From contig CAWIIB010000001.1 in the NCBI GenBank assembly GCA_963836075.1, forward strand, positions 1,728,001-1,792,000: DNA of 64,000 nucleotides, given 5' to 3'. Within the stretch, counting starts at the first letter, position 1; every line of letters starts with the position of its first letter. The notes below the pieces were generated by a model, which had not been told where the DNA came from, made no database searches, and was given only the letters and a program-made list of their open reading frames with translations. The DNA is from an uncultured Acidobacteriota bacterium (GTDB taxonomy: Bacteria > Acidobacteriota > JAQAZP01). The position numbers were made by a program, and so were the translations under genes. This document shows positions 1 to 11,249 of this stretch, one piece after another.

Positions 1-104
1 CACACTGCACCGGGTTCCGTGCCGAAGCGATGATGTATGAAGCCTTCGGCGACTCCTTTGTCAGGAACAATGCCGGCACCAGGCTTGAATTCCCAAATGG
101 CTGA
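1..104 (+). CDS. 3' end of MBL-fold metallo-hydrolase (partial)
   Basis: Frame from nt 3 reads HCTGFRAEAMMYEAFGDSFVRNNAGTRLEFPNG*. C-terminal HCTG motif typical of one MBL-fold family; stop at 102-104. Confidence 0.6.
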   Translation, partial: HCTGFRAEAMMYEAFGDSFVRNNAGTRLEFPNG

Positions 105-168
105 AACCTGATTCTCGGTCCCTCCTCGGGGAGTGCATCGTGATAGAATGAACCCGAGGAGCAGGTGG

Positions 169-1062
169 ATGAGCGAAGAAACCGGAAGCGAAACCGGATC
201 GACAGGCTTGTCAGCCCTTTTGCCCGCCGAGGTGGAGGGCTTCACTCCCTTTGAGGAAGACCGCTTCTTCACCGCCGACACCCTCTTCGACCTGATCGAC
301 GGCGGGGCCGAAATCTACCGGGCGCTGAACGTCCAGCAGACCGTCCACCGCCGCTACACCCATCCCGATTCCAGCGACATCATCGCCGACATCTTCGACA
401 TGGGCTCGGCCGCCGATGCCTACGGCGCCTGGCACAACGACATCCGCGAGGGCGAGAGCCCCGGTATCGGCTGCGAGTCCGAATACCAGGGAGGGTCCCT
501 CTATTTCTGGAAAGACCGCTACTTCGTCTCGGTGGTGGCGCTGCAGGAGACTGAGCTGACCGCCCGGGTGGTCTGTAAGATCGGCCGGGCCATCGACGCC
601 GCTATCCTCGGTGACGCCGGGCCGCCGGAGCTGGCCCAGCGGTTGCCCCCGGAACGGCTGCTGTCCGAGCAGATCTATTTTTTCCACGATCACGAGGGGC
701 TGACCCGGCGCTACCAGGTGGGGGACGGCAACCCGCTGCTGCTCAGCCGGCAGACCGAAGGGCTGCTGGCCCGCTACCTGCCGCTCTCCGGCGGGGAGGG
801 CGCCTCGCCGCACTTTGTCCTGCTGCTGATCAGATACCCCTCGGCAGAAGAGGCCAGGTCGGCCCACCGGAATTTCCGGGCAGCGCACGCGCCGGGCTGG
901 CGTGAGCAGACGGCGGTCAACATCCCGGGCAGCGGGTGGACATCCTCCTGCCTGGTGGAGGACACGGTGGCCGTGGTGCTCGGCGCACCGTCCCGGAGGG
1001 ATGTCCGGCAACTGATCCATGAGGTCCACGGCCTGCTGCAGGACCAGGGAGGTAGACCATGA
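169..1062 (+). CDS. DUF6599-family protein
   Basis: LFDLIDGGAEIY, DIFDMGSAADAYG and FWKDRYFV motifs; paralog of 55932..56762. ATG at 169 preferred over ORF-track GTG 133. No clear signal peptide. Confidence 0.65.
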   Translation: MSEETGSETGSTGLSALLPAEVEGFTPFEEDRFFTADTLFDLIDGGAEIYRALNVQQTVHRRYTHPDSSDIIADIFDMGSAADAYGAWHNDIREGESPGIGCESEYQGGSLYFWKDRYFVSVVALQETELTARVVCKIGRAIDAAILGDAGPPELAQRLPPERLLSEQIYFFHDHEGLTRRYQVGDGNPLLLSRQTEGLLARYLPLSGGEGASPHFVLLLIRYPSAEEARSAHRNFRAAHAPGWREQTAVNIPGSGWTSSCLVEDTVAVVLGAPSRRDVRQLIHEVHGLLQDQGGRP

Positions 1063-1982
1063 GCGACACGAAAGACCGGCTGACCCGGCGTGATTTCCTG
1101 CAGGCCGTTTCCGGCGCGGCCGTGGTCGGCGCCGTGGGAGGAAGTCTGGGGGGCGTCAGGGATGCGGCGGCGTCCCCGCCCCCGCGCACGGCGGCCGCGG
1201 GCAAGTCCACCGTGGTGCTGGTGCGCGACACGGCAGTCCTGGATGAAAACCGCAAAGTCAGCGGCCCGGTGATTTCCCGGATGCTGGACCAGGCGGTGGC
1301 CGCGCTGTTCGATGAAGAGACACCGGAAAAGGCCTGGAGCCGCCTGTTCGGCCCGACGGACATCGTGGGTATCAAAACCAACGAGTGGGAATTCCTGCCC
1401 ACCCCGCCGGCTCTGGAGGAGGCGATCCGCCGCCGGGTGGCCGGCACCGGGGTGCCGGCGGAGAAAATCACCGTGGCCGACCGGGGGATTCACGAGAATC
1501 CGGGGTTCACCGGGGCCACGGCCCTGGTCAATGTCCGGCCCATGCGTACCCACCACTGGTCCGGGGTGGGGAGCCTGCTGAAAAACGTGATCACCTTCAC
1601 CCCTTCGCCCTGGGACTGGCACGACGACTCCTGTGCCGACCTGGCCGGCCTGTGGCAACTGCCAGGGATCAAGGGCAAGGTGCGGCTGAACATCCTGGTG
1701 ATGCTCACCCCGCTGTTCCACGGCAAGGGGGCCCACCACTACCAGGCGGAATACACCTGGCCCTACGGCGGCCTGGTGGTGGGCGTGGACCCGGTGGCGG
1801 TGGACGCCACCGGTCTGCGGATCCTCGAAGCCCAGCGGGACCTGCACTTCGGCAAAAACGTCCCCTTCACCGTACCGCCGCACCACATCCGGCTGGCGGA
1901 GGAAAAGCACCGGCTGGGCATTGCCGACCCGGACCGCATCAGGATCATCAGGATCGGCACCATGGATAACGCCCTGATCTGA
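1059..1982 (+). CDS. Tat-exported DUF362 domain protein
   Basis: Twin-arginine TRRDFL; motifs VGIKTN, RTHHWSGVGSLLKN, DPVAVDA; ATGA overlap with upstream gene. Confidence 0.8.
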   Translation: MSDTKDRLTRRDFLQAVSGAAVVGAVGGSLGGVRDAAASPPPRTAAAGKSTVVLVRDTAVLDENRKVSGPVISRMLDQAVAALFDEETPEKAWSRLFGPTDIVGIKTNEWEFLPTPPALEEAIRRRVAGTGVPAEKITVADRGIHENPGFTGATALVNVRPMRTHHWSGVGSLLKNVITFTPSPWDWHDDSCADLAGLWQLPGIKGKVRLNILVMLTPLFHGKGAHHYQAEYTWPYGGLVVGVDPVAVDATGLRILEAQRDLHFGKNVPFTVPPHHIRLAEEKHRLGIADPDRIRIIRIGTMDNALI

Positions 1983-2007
1983 GCAAGTTATCCAGGAGAG
2001 AAAAACG

Positions 2008-4102
2008 ATGACTGAACGTATCACCCAAGCTGCCCTAATCCTGTTGCTGGTTGCCCTGGTATCCGTCCCGGCCATGGCCGGTTGGCCCGACGACCCGGCG
2101 GAGAACATGGTGATCTGCGACCGCAACGGCAGGCAGTCATCGACCAAGATCGCCGCCATCTCGGACGGCGGCTGCTACATCAGCTGGTATGACAAGGCCT
2201 CCGGAAACTACGACGTCTACCTCCAGCGTCTGAGCGGCAGCGGGGTTGCCCAGTGGCCCGCCAACGGCCTGCTGGTCAGCGCCCACCCCCAGGAGACCTG
2301 GGTCAACGACTACGACCTGGCCTGCGACCAGGACGATCATGCCATCGTGGTAATCAACGACATCCGCGACGGCTCGGACCGCGACATCTTCGCCTACCGC
2401 ATCAGCCCGGCCGGCGAGTTCGTCTGGGGCGCCGACGGCCTGACCCTCTCGGCCAATGACGGCTACGAACCCGATCCCCGGGTGACGGTGACCAGCGACG
2501 GGAACCTGGTTTTCGCCTGGCAGGAGGAGAACAACCTGCACCTGCGCAAGGTGACACCGGCCGGCGCCGACCTCTGGGTCCCGGCGACCGTCACGCTAAC
2601 CGCGATCTACGGGTACTCAGTTACCCGGCTGGCTCCGGCGCCAGATGACGGGGTGATCCTCCAGGCACTGCTGCACCATGGCCCGGACACCTACGATCCA
2701 AAGCACCTGACCATCTTCAAGTTTGGCCGCAACGGCAACCACATCTGGAATCCTGCCGGCGAAACGGTCTCCGATGCCGGCGGTTTCGGACCCGACATGC
2801 GGCCCGACCTGATTCCCGATTCCAAGGGCGGTGCGTACTGCCACTGGTACGACACCCGGACCAGTTCCCAGCACACCTTTGTCCAGCACGTCACCGCGTC
2901 CGGCACCATGGCCTGGACCGATGACGGTGTTCTTTGCTCAACAATCGGGAGTGAGCTTCAATTTGCCCCGTCCATCACCCGTCTACCCAACTCCGACGAC
3001 ATCATCGTCTTCTTCCCCTTTGCCGACGCCTACCAGTCTCGGAGCGGTGTGAGGGGCCAGCGGCTGAATCCGGCCGGCCAGCGACTCTGGTCCGACGACG
3101 GCGTGGTCCTGGACCCGCTGGAATTCCGCAACCGCTGGAACGTCCGGGCCCAGGCCCAGGAGGATGGGGCCATCGTCACCTATCTCGACGATGTGGCCGA
3201 GCTAAGCACCAAGGTGATGGCGATCAGGGTGGACATGGACGGCAACCAGGTCTGGCCAACATCGCCGATTGAGATGACCAGCATTGCCCGCACCAGGGGC
3301 ACGATGGCTGACTGTGCAAACTCCTCAGACCAGGTGATCTGCGCCTGGGAGGACCGGCGCAACGACAGCAGCGGTGACATCTACCTGCAGAACATCAATC
3401 CCGATGGGAGCCTCGGCCCCCTCTCCTCGCTGCCCGGCATACCGCGCCTGGTTGCCGGCCCCGGGCCGGGGTATGACAACCCGCCGATGGTGCGGATCTT
3501 TCCGCCGGCCCAGGGTGCCGAGCACCTTGAAGAATTCGACGCCTATGGCCCGGAGCACTATGGCGTAAATGTGTGCTGTGGCGATGTGAACGGCGACGGC
3601 CGAGCCGAGTTGCTCACCGGGGCCGGCCCCGGGGACATCTACGGTCCCCACGTGCGGGGTTTTGCCGTGGACGGCACGCCGATCCCCGGCCTGAGCTTCC
3701 TGGCCTACGGCACCAACAAGTACCGGGGTCAACGTGGTCGCCGGCGACATCGACGGGGACGGCTTCGACGAGATCGTCACCGGCGCCGGGCCCTCGGCGC
3801 TCTTCGGCCCCCACATCCGCGGCTGGAACGTTGACGGCGGGACTGTTGCCGAGGTCTATGGAATGAACTTCTTTGGCTGGGACCCGGAATACGTCAGTTA
3901 CGGCGCCGTTGTCAGTTCCGGCGCAGACCTGGACGGCGATGGCCTGGACGAGCTGCTGGTGGCCGCCGGACCCGATCCCCACATGGATACGAATGTGCTG
4001 GCGTATCGCTACAACGGAGCCGGTGTAACGCTCCAGTTCGATCTCACCGCTTTCGACGATGATATGACCTACGGCGCCAATGTCGCGGCCGGCCGATTCT
4101 AG
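2008..4102 (+). CDS. Secreted protein: 8 diverged WxD/DIYxQ repeats (beta-propeller) plus C-terminal FG-GAP GPGPG module; frameshift at ~3724
   Basis: Sec signal ending AMA-G. N-terminus WPDDPAENMVIC resembles the 32525 and 35061 proteins. Extra C in TACCGGGGTC (3721-3730) breaks consensus KYGVNV; ORFs 2008..3834 and 3734..4102 join. Confidence 0.75.
3445..4102 (+). repeat. FG-GAP-type C-terminal module, copy 1 (3 DxDGDG loops, ends GANVAAGRF*)
   Basis: RLVAGPGP..DNPP.VR.FP start; repeats GDxxGDGxxExxTGAGP...GPHxRG; homologous to 15463..16464. Confidence 0.8.
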
Positions 4103-4197
4103 CCCGGACCCGCAATTCGAATTCGCCTGCACAAAAACCGGCCTCCCCGGCGTGGATCCTCCGAGGGACCTACCGCAAACAGTGCCCGGTGGAGGTG

Positions 4198-4677
4198 ATG
4201 AAAACAAGCTTCTTCGACCAGGTGCGCGGCTGCTACACCGAGAACCGGCAGGGGCTCTACACCTACGCCCTGGCCCTGACCCGCGACCGGGCCGCCGCCG
4301 AAGACGTGGTGCACGGCGTGATCTGCCGCCTGCTGGACCGGGGGAGGATGCCCGATGAGCCACGCCCCTACCTCTTCCGCGCGGTGCGCAACGCCGTGGT
4401 GGATGGCTGGCGCAGGGGGCCGTCGCGGGAGGAACCGCTGTTCGACCTCCAGCAGCCGGATACCGGCGGCGGTGCACCGCCGGACCAGGCCCTGCAGTTG
4501 CACCAGTGCCTCTTCCGGCTGGCGGAGGACCAGCGTGAGGTGGTCGTGCTCAAGGTTTACCAGGGTCTCACCTTTCGCGAGATCGGCGAGGTGCGGGGAC
4601 AGTCGGCCAACACGGCGGCCTCGCTCTACCGCCGGGGCCTGCAAAAGATGAAAACCATGCTCGAGGAGGACGCGTGA
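4198..4677 (+). CDS. ECF (sigma-70 family) RNA polymerase sigma factor
   Basis: AEDVVH / YLFRAVRN region 2; LAEDQREVVVLKVYQGLTFREIG region 4; GGAGG RBS before ATG 4198. Confidence 0.9.
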   Translation: MKTSFFDQVRGCYTENRQGLYTYALALTRDRAAAEDVVHGVICRLLDRGRMPDEPRPYLFRAVRNAVVDGWRRGPSREEPLFDLQQPDTGGGAPPDQALQLHQCLFRLAEDQREVVVLKVYQGLTFREIGEVRGQSANTAASLYRRGLQKMKTMLEEDA

Positions 4678-5036
4678 TGAAGGATATGGAAGATCTGCTG
4701 AAAAATGCGCCGCTCTCTGAGCCACCTGGGCCGCTGGACCAGCGGGTGGAAGCAGCGGTGCGCGAGGCGGAGCACCGTTACGCCCGCCGCCGGCCCGCCG
4801 GTGTGCCGCTCTGGGCCTTTGCCGCCGGTTGCCTGGCCTGCACGCTGATCGGCTTCCTGATCCACCCGCTGGTGGAGCAGGCTCCACCAGCACCGGCCGA
4901 GGGTGCCGGTGTGGTCATGTATATCGTGGAGCCGGCAAGCTCCAGCCTCCGCATCCTGGGGACCAGGCAGGACGAAAACAGCAGATCCTTCTGGCAGAAG
5001 AAGCGGGGGGAAGTGAGACCGCTGGTCCGCAATTAA
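4674..5036 (+). CDS. Putative membrane anti-sigma factor
   Basis: GTGA overlap with ECF gene; single hydrophobic segment VPLWAFAAGCLACTLIGFLI. Confidence 0.6.
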   Translation: MMKDMEDLLKNAPLSEPPGPLDQRVEAAVREAEHRYARRRPAGVPLWAFAAGCLACTLIGFLIHPLVEQAPPAPAEGAGVVMYIVEPASSSLRILGTRQDENSRSFWQKKRGEVRPLVRN

Positions 5037-5069
5037 ATGCAGGCAATCCACAGAGTGAGGGGGCAGCAA

Positions 5070-5858
5070 ATGAAAACAGCACTGTCGATCATGATCCTGG
5101 CGGTTCTGGCCGCCTGCGCCATCCCGGCCGCGGCCCAGCAACCCGTGCCGCAATACATCATTGAATCAAATATCATCGCCATCCCGGCGGGCGAGGGCCG
5201 GGAGTGCCGGGTGGTGGGCGAAGGCGGATCATACACCCTGCGGGGGAATGGCGGCGGCATGTCCGCCTTTGGCGAGCTGAAAAAGCTGGTCTGCGGCGAT
5301 GTGACCCTGACCCTCCGCGTGGACGGGAATTTCGGTACGCTGCTCTGGAACGGCGAGGAAAATCCGCCGGAGGATACAGTGCTGGAGCTTATCTCCGCAC
5401 CAAAGGTCTCAACCCAGGCGGGCAAAAAGGCAATGATCATGTCCGGATCCGCACTCACATACTTCACCCGTGAGGAGGACGGTTGCTTTAGACTGCACGT
5501 TACCACTGAGGAAGATTCGCCGGTGGAATCACCGGGAGTGACCGTAGCATTCACTCCACAGCCGGCAGAAGGTGACGCTGCTTCGAAACTGGTGGAATTG
5601 GATATGGAACTCAGCTTGAAGGCATTGGCAGGCCGGGAGACCATTCAGGGGTGTGCCAGCCTCGACGTTGGCAAACCGATCCTGACCGTGCGGACAATGG
5701 CGTCCAAAGTGAGTCTGGCCCTGGGCCAGTGGCACCTGGTGAGCGGCCACCAGTTCACCGGCCCCGGGGGTGAGGAGGGGGATTTCCTGCTGGTGCTGCT
5801 GCGGGTGCAGAATGTGAAGGATCTGCCGGTACCGCTACCCACGGCCCCTGCTCAGTGA
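5070..5858 (+). CDS. Secreted protein with secretin (type II/III secretion) C-domain-like motifs
   Basis: Signal peptide AAA-Q. Motifs ISAPKVSTQAGKKAMIMSG, GVTVAFTPQ, PILTVRTMASKVSLALGQWHLVSG and FLLVLLRV occur in the same order as conserved secretin blocks. Confidence 0.5.
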   Translation: MKTALSIMILAVLAACAIPAAAQQPVPQYIIESNIIAIPAGEGRECRVVGEGGSYTLRGNGGGMSAFGELKKLVCGDVTLTLRVDGNFGTLLWNGEENPPEDTVLELISAPKVSTQAGKKAMIMSGSALTYFTREEDGCFRLHVTTEEDSPVESPGVTVAFTPQPAEGDAASKLVELDMELSLKALAGRETIQGCASLDVGKPILTVRTMASKVSLALGQWHLVSGHQFTGPGGEEGDFLLVLLRVQNVKDLPVPLPTAPAQ

Positions 5859-5880
5859 GCAGCTTTTTGATCCGTCCCCA

Positions 5881-8593
5881 TCAGTCGGCAGTGCGCACGA
5901 TCCTGAGGCCGAAGGAGTTGTTGTTGGCCGTGGGCCGGTAGTTTCCCCGGTACGCGGAACGGCAGTCCCAGGCCCGGAAATCCCAGCCCCCGCCGCGCAG
6001 CACCCTGGTCTTCCCCGAATCGGGTCCCCCGGGGTCACGGTTGGGGGAATACTCGTAGTAGTTGCGGTCGTAATAGTCGGAGCACCACTCGCCCACGTTG
6101 CCGTGCATGTCGTACAGCCCCCAGGCGTTGGGCTTCAGCTGCCCAACCGGGTGGGTGGCGTCGCCCGAGTTGTAGCAATACCAGCCCCAGGGGGCCAGGT
6201 GGTCATCATTCCGGCAATCCATCGAATTGATCTCACCGCCGAAAAAGGACCGGCTGGTGCCCGAGCGGCAGGTGAACTCCCACTCCGCCTCGGTGGGCAG
6301 GCGGAAGCGCCCGGCGCCGGCGGTTGAATTCAGCTTGTCCACAAAGGCCCGGGCATCGTTCCAGGACACAGAGTCCACCGGGCGGTCGGCACCCTTGAAG
6401 TGCGACGGGTTGCCGCCCATCACCGCCTGCCACTGAGCCTGGGTCACCTCATAGATCCCCAGCCAGAACCCCTCGCTGATCACCACCGTGTGCTTGGGGC
6501 TCTCGTCGGTGTGCGTGCCCTTCCGCTTTTCCACGGTGCCCATCCTGAAGGTGCCGGGCGGAATCCAGACGAAGTCCATCTCCACCCCCGGGCCGACGCT
6601 GAAGCTGCGGGTGATGCCGTGGGACTGCCACAGACCCTTCCGGGCATGATCAAAGCGGGTGGAATAGCGCTCGAGACGGGCATCCCCGGGGGCGATTTCA
6701 CGGAAGCGGGCCAGCGCCTGTCCGGCATCCTCGAGGCTGGCCACCGTACCGGCGGTGATGCCCCGGTCGATCCGGGTCTCCAGACCCGCCAGCTCCGCCT
6801 CATTGTTCGTGGTATCCAGCCGGGCGGTTTCAGCAGCCGCCTTTTCCCCGGCCTGGACAAAGAGCGCCTCCGCGTCCCCGTAGGCCTGCCGTTCCAGGTC
6901 GGGGCGGCCGGCGGCCCGGTGCCCCTCCCCTGCCCGCAGCTTCTCCTCGGCGGCGGTCCAGAGCTCCGGCGCGTGCTCGGCAGCACCGGCGTCCTGAGCT
7001 GCCTGGCGGGAGGCCTGGACCGCGGTCAACGCTGCCGCCACCTCCGCCTCGCTGACCACCGGTTCCACGGGTTTGCGGGCCGGGGTGCTGGTGCGGGCCG
7101 GCTTTGTAGCGGCGTCCTTTTCCGCGGGCTTCGTCGATCCCACCTCGGTGGGCCGCACGGCTTTTTCCTTCTCCGGCGGCTCTTCAGCCACCGCCGCGAC
7201 GGCCGGTTTCCCAGCCGCAGCCTCCGGCTCGGCTGCAGGTTTGCTCACCGATTCGGCGGACCGGCCGGTCTTGCCCGCCGGCGGCTTTCCGCTCCCCGAA
7301 ACGTCCTGCTCCGGATTCTTTTCTTCGGTCGTGGCGGGGGAATCTCCCGGGTCGTCTTCAACGACCTCTGATACATCTCCGATGGCTGATCCGCCCGCGG
7401 CCTGCTCCCCCTCCCCGGGCGCACCGAGCTGGGCCTGCTGTCCCTCCCCCACCGTTCGGGGCCCGGTGATCCCTGGTCCACCAGACCACCACCAGCAGTA
7501 TGGCCAGCAGAATGGCCATGGCACCGATCCAGGCCAGGATGATCCGGCGCATGCCGAACCGCTCTGTCAGGCCGGGACGCGGAGGCTCCGGACGGGCCGG
7601 GGGCTCCGGCAGGGGCGGCGAGACAACTTCGGCGGCGGCGGGGGCATCCGGCGGGGTCACCGCCAGAGCGGTCTGGTCCACCGGCGCAACCGGCTCCACG
7701 GCACCGACGGCCATGGTGGGCGGCGGCTCATCCGCGGCCGGCGTCTCATCCTCCTCCAACGGTTCGTCGGGCTGCTCCCGCAGACGCTGCAGGGCCTCCA
7801 GCAGTTCCCCGGCGGACTGGTAACGGTCATCGGGGTTCCGGGCCATCAGCCGGCTGACCAGCCGGTCCACGGCCGGCGGCACCTCGGGATTGATGTCGCG
7901 CACCGATTTCTCCGGATCGCTGATCCGCTGGTGCAGGATGGCCACCGGCATATCCGCATCGTAGGGCGGGCAGCCGGCCAGCATCTGGAAAAGCACGCTG
8001 CCCAGCGAGTAGAAATCGGCGCGATGATCGACGTCATCGTCCTCCAGCTGCTCCGGTGCGATGTAGATCGGGCTGCCGAACATGGTGCCCGGCCGGGTCA
8101 GCCGGGTTTCCTCGAGGGTCAGGGCGATACCGAAATCGGTGAGCACCACCTTCTCGCCCCGGGGGTCGACGATGATGTTGGCCGGCTTCACATCGCGGTG
8201 GATCACCCCCGACTGGTGGGCCGTGCCCAGGGCGTCGGCCAGCTGGCCGGCAAAGAACAGGGCCTTGTCCAGCGGGAGCCGGCCTTCCTCGGCAATGTAC
8301 TCCTCGAGGGTGTCGCCCACCAGGAGTTTCATCACGAAGTAGTAAGCGCCCTCGCACTGGCCGATGTCGTAGATGGTGACGATGCCGGGGTGATCCAGCG
8401 CGGCCACGGACCTCGCCTCGCGCAGGAAGCGCTCGACAAACTCCTTGTTCTGCGCCAGGTTGGCGGGCAGGACCTTGATCGCCACGTACCGTTTGAGCGC
8501 CGGCTGCACCGCGCGGTAGACCACGCCCATGCCCCCGGACCCGATGACGCCCTGGATTTCGTACGGTCCGATTTTTTTCCGTTCAGGAGCCAT
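5881..8593 (-). CDS. Hanks-type Ser/Thr kinase - TM - low-complexity linker - FGE-sulfatase domain fusion; frameshift near 7445-7480
   Basis: GSGGMGVVY, AIK, HRDVKPAN, DFG, APE in 7358..8593; FRLPTEAEWE, PNAWGLYDMHGNVGEWC, RVLRGGGW, FGLRIV in 5881..7524. The ORFs overlap just after the TM helix. Confidence 0.85.
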
Positions 8594-8684
8594 TGAATGA
8601 GCAGAGACGGCACTCTGAAGGCCGGCCGCGGCACCTCCGCGGCGGGTCGCGTTCCAGTGGTATGAACCAACCCTGACTGGTTAA

Positions 8685-8713
8685 AGAATAGTGTTGTCCT
8701 CGAACAGGGTCAA
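8685..8713 (-). promoter_or_regulatory. sigma70-like promoter for the kinase gene
   Basis: Minus strand TTGACC-N17-TATTCT. Confidence 0.5.
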
Positions 8714-8725
8714 GGCGTCGCGCTG

Positions 8726-8763
8726 AAAATGAAAAGCCCCGAAGGGATGATCCCCCCCGGGGC
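8726..8763 (-). terminator. Rho-independent terminator
   Basis: Minus strand GCCCCGGGGGGA-TCA-TCCCTTCGGGGC followed by TTTTCATTTT, about 22 nt after the stop at 8786. Confidence 0.7.
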
Positions 8764-8785
8764 ATTGCCCGTCAGGTCAAGCGGT

Positions 8786-9152
8786 TCAGGGCGCGATGCC
8801 CACCACGGTGCAGCTGCCGCCGTCGGTATCGCCGGACGGCATGTAGGGCGGCTGGTTGTACGGCGCCGGGGTCACATCCTCCACCGTGAAGGTGAAGGTG
8901 TTGGCCCCCACCAGCGCGGTGAAGGCGGGCAGGTTCTGCTGCCAGCTGGTGCTGTAGGTCTCTCCCGGGCCGAGGTTGGTATACCCGGCACGCCAGTTGT
9001 TGTAGACCGAGCCCCCGGCCAGTTCCACGCCGATTTTACCGGCCATGCGGCGGGTGCCCTCGGCGGCCAGGTTCTCCATCTCCACGGCTCATCGTCACGG
9101 TGAACGGCAGCACGCCGAACTGGGGCAGGCAGCTCAGCGACGCGGCAACCGT
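8786..9152 (-). repeat. PYNQPP C-terminal domain copy 1
   Basis: TVAASLSCLPQFGVLPF...NWRAGYTN...DVTPAPYNQPPY...CTVVGIAP*. Confidence 0.85.
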
Positions 9153-10457
9153 CTGGTTGGAGGTCACCGTGATCACGTTGGTGAAGATGTCGGGGTTGCC
9201 GTTCTGGGTGGAGGGGTAGCAGGGATAGACGTAGTCACCGCCCACGCCCAGGCCCAGGTAATCGCCGAGGAACTGGCTCGAGCCGCCGGCGTAGTAGCTG
9301 TCAAAGGAGGCCGGGGTGAGGCGGTACTCGGTGAAGCTGGCGCCGCCGTCAACACTGAGGGCGTAGTAGGCGTCGAACATGCCGTGCTGCACGCCGTCGT
9401 TCTGCACCGTGTGGCGGGTGTCGAGGTAGAGCACGTGCAGCCGGCTCTCCTGGTCCACCTCGATCCAGGGCCACAGCTGGTCGCCGGCCGGGCTGGAGTC
9501 GCCGTTGATCACCTGCGGAGTGGTCCATGTCGATCCCTGGTCGGTGGATTTGGTCAGGTAGGCGTCGACGTTGCGGTTGCCGCCGTCCCAGCCGGTGGTG
9601 TCGAAGTAGGTGCAGTAGAGCGTGCCGTCATTGGGGTCCACCGCCAGGCCGTTCAGCGAGGGGACGCGGAAGGTGCCGGGGAACCGGGCCGAGTCGTAGA
9701 TGTCCCAGGGGTCCATCCGGGTGGCGATGGTGATCGCCGGGTCGAAGGAGACACCGCCGTTGAGGCTGCGCCGGAGCATCACCCCGTCGTAGTAGTCCCA
9801 GTAGGTCACGTAGAGCTCGCCGCCCGGGCCCACCTTGGGCAGGAAGCCGACACCGCTGCCCAGGGAGACCGGCGACGTCCAGCTGTCACCCATGTCGGTG
9901 GAATGCTGACAGCCGTAGTTGAAGGTGTGGTAGACCCGGGTGCTGTCCGGAATGCCGGGCACGATGCCCGCGGCCAGCCAGCCCTTGTCGATGCCGCCGT
10001 CGACGATGGTCATCACCGACGGCTGGAAGGTGGCGGCCCCGGGGTTCTTGCGGGCGACAAAGACGCCGCCGTTGCCGGTCCAGGACATGCCGCCGGCCCA
10101 GAGGGTGCCGGTGCGGTTGTCATAGCAGGTCATCGGGTCGCCCTCGGTGCTCCCCTCGTGGCCGGCCGGCGGGCGGAGCAGCATGTCGGTCCAGGTCTGC
10201 CCGTAGTCGTTGCTCACCGAGATCCCGGTGCGGTACTGCCCCATGCGGTAGTCGTTCCAGCCGCCCACCACCTCGTTGGGGTGCAGGTGCACCGAGGCCA
10301 TGGTGGTCTCGTTGGCCGTGGCCGTGCCGCCATCGTCGATGCGGACCTGCGGCCCCACGGTCACTTCCTGGGCCGCGGCCCCGAGGGAGAACAGGAGCAG
10401 GCCGCAGCAGGCGGCCAGCCCGAAGATTCCAAAACGTATCCCGTACTTCTGTATCAT
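8786..10457 (-). CDS. Secreted BNR/Asp-box (sialidase-like) propeller protein with PYNQPP C-terminal domain; frameshift at ~9087
   Basis: Signal peptide AAA-Q; Asp-boxes SNDYGQTW, STDMGDSW, STDQGSTW, SVDGGASF; FLGDYLGL. One extra base converts TMS-VEMENL into TMS-RGDGE. Confidence 0.8.
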
Positions 10458-10514
10458 GATGTACTCCTCAACCAGCTTGCCGGCGAAGCCCGAGGCCCGC
10501 CGCGGGCGGACAGA

Positions 10515-11249
10515 TCACTTCGCCGGTTCCGGCATCTTCTCCCGCAGCAGGGGCAGGAACTGGGCGGGCACCTTGTAGCCCAGGGCCTCGGCCCGGGCCA
10601 CGCCGTCCCAGGCGCTCTCGTAGTCCTCGAGGTAATAGTCGAGGACCGCCAGGCGGCCGTAGGCCTCCCCGTGGTCGGGGTCGAGGTCCAGCACCTGCAG
10701 CCAGGCCTGCTTCGACGCCTGGTAGTCGCCGGACATCTGCAGGGCCCAGGCCAGCTGCTTCCGCGCCTCGAAATGGCCGGGAGCGAATTCCAGCGCGGTG
10801 TTGAAGGAGGCGATGGCCTCGTCCCCCAACCCCTTGCGCAGCAGGGCCTGTCCCAGGCCGGTGAGGTGTTCCGGGCTCTCCGGGGCCATGATCACCGCCC
10901 TGGTCAGGGCACCGATGGCAGCAACGCGGTCATTCTTTTCAAAGAGGTAGAAAAGGCCCCGCTGGTAGGCATCACCGGCAGTGGCGAAGACCTCCGCATC
11001 GGGGAGCGGTTGGGCCGCCGCCGGGTCCACCACCACCCGGCCCGTGTCATAGGACAGGCCGCGCAGGGCATCGGCCATCCGCTTTTCCTTGTAGCTCTGA
11101 CCGGCGGACGGGGGAGACAGTTCGCCGGCCTCCACCGGGGCCGTCTCGTCGATCACGGCCGCCTGCTCCGACTGCTGTTCGCTGCTGCAGCCGCTGAGTC
11201 CAACGGCGCAGACCAGCAGCGCCAGGGCAAGAAATCTGAGGGTGATCAT
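10515..11249 (-). CDS. TPR-repeat lipoprotein
   Basis: Lipobox LSG-C; several TPR-like helical repeats (ALEFAPGHFEARKQLAWAL, VLDLDPDHGEAYGRLA). Confidence 0.75.
   Translation of the reverse strand: MITLRFLALALLVCAVGLSGCSSEQQSEQAAVIDETAPVEAGELSPPSAGQSYKEKRMADALRGLSYDTGRVVVDPAAAQPLPDAEVFATAGDAYQRGLFYLFEKNDRVAAIGALTRAVIMAPESPEHLTGLGQALLRKGLGDEAIASFNTALEFAPGHFEARKQLAWALQMSGDYQASKQAWLQVLDLDPDHGEAYGRLAVLDYYLEDYESAWDGVARAEALGYKVPAQFLPLLREKMPEPAK

Noticed and set aside
4128-4156. TGCACA-N17-CGTGGA as an ECF autoregulatory promoter
   Set aside because: Plausible position but single occurrence and ECF group unknown; cannot be supported.
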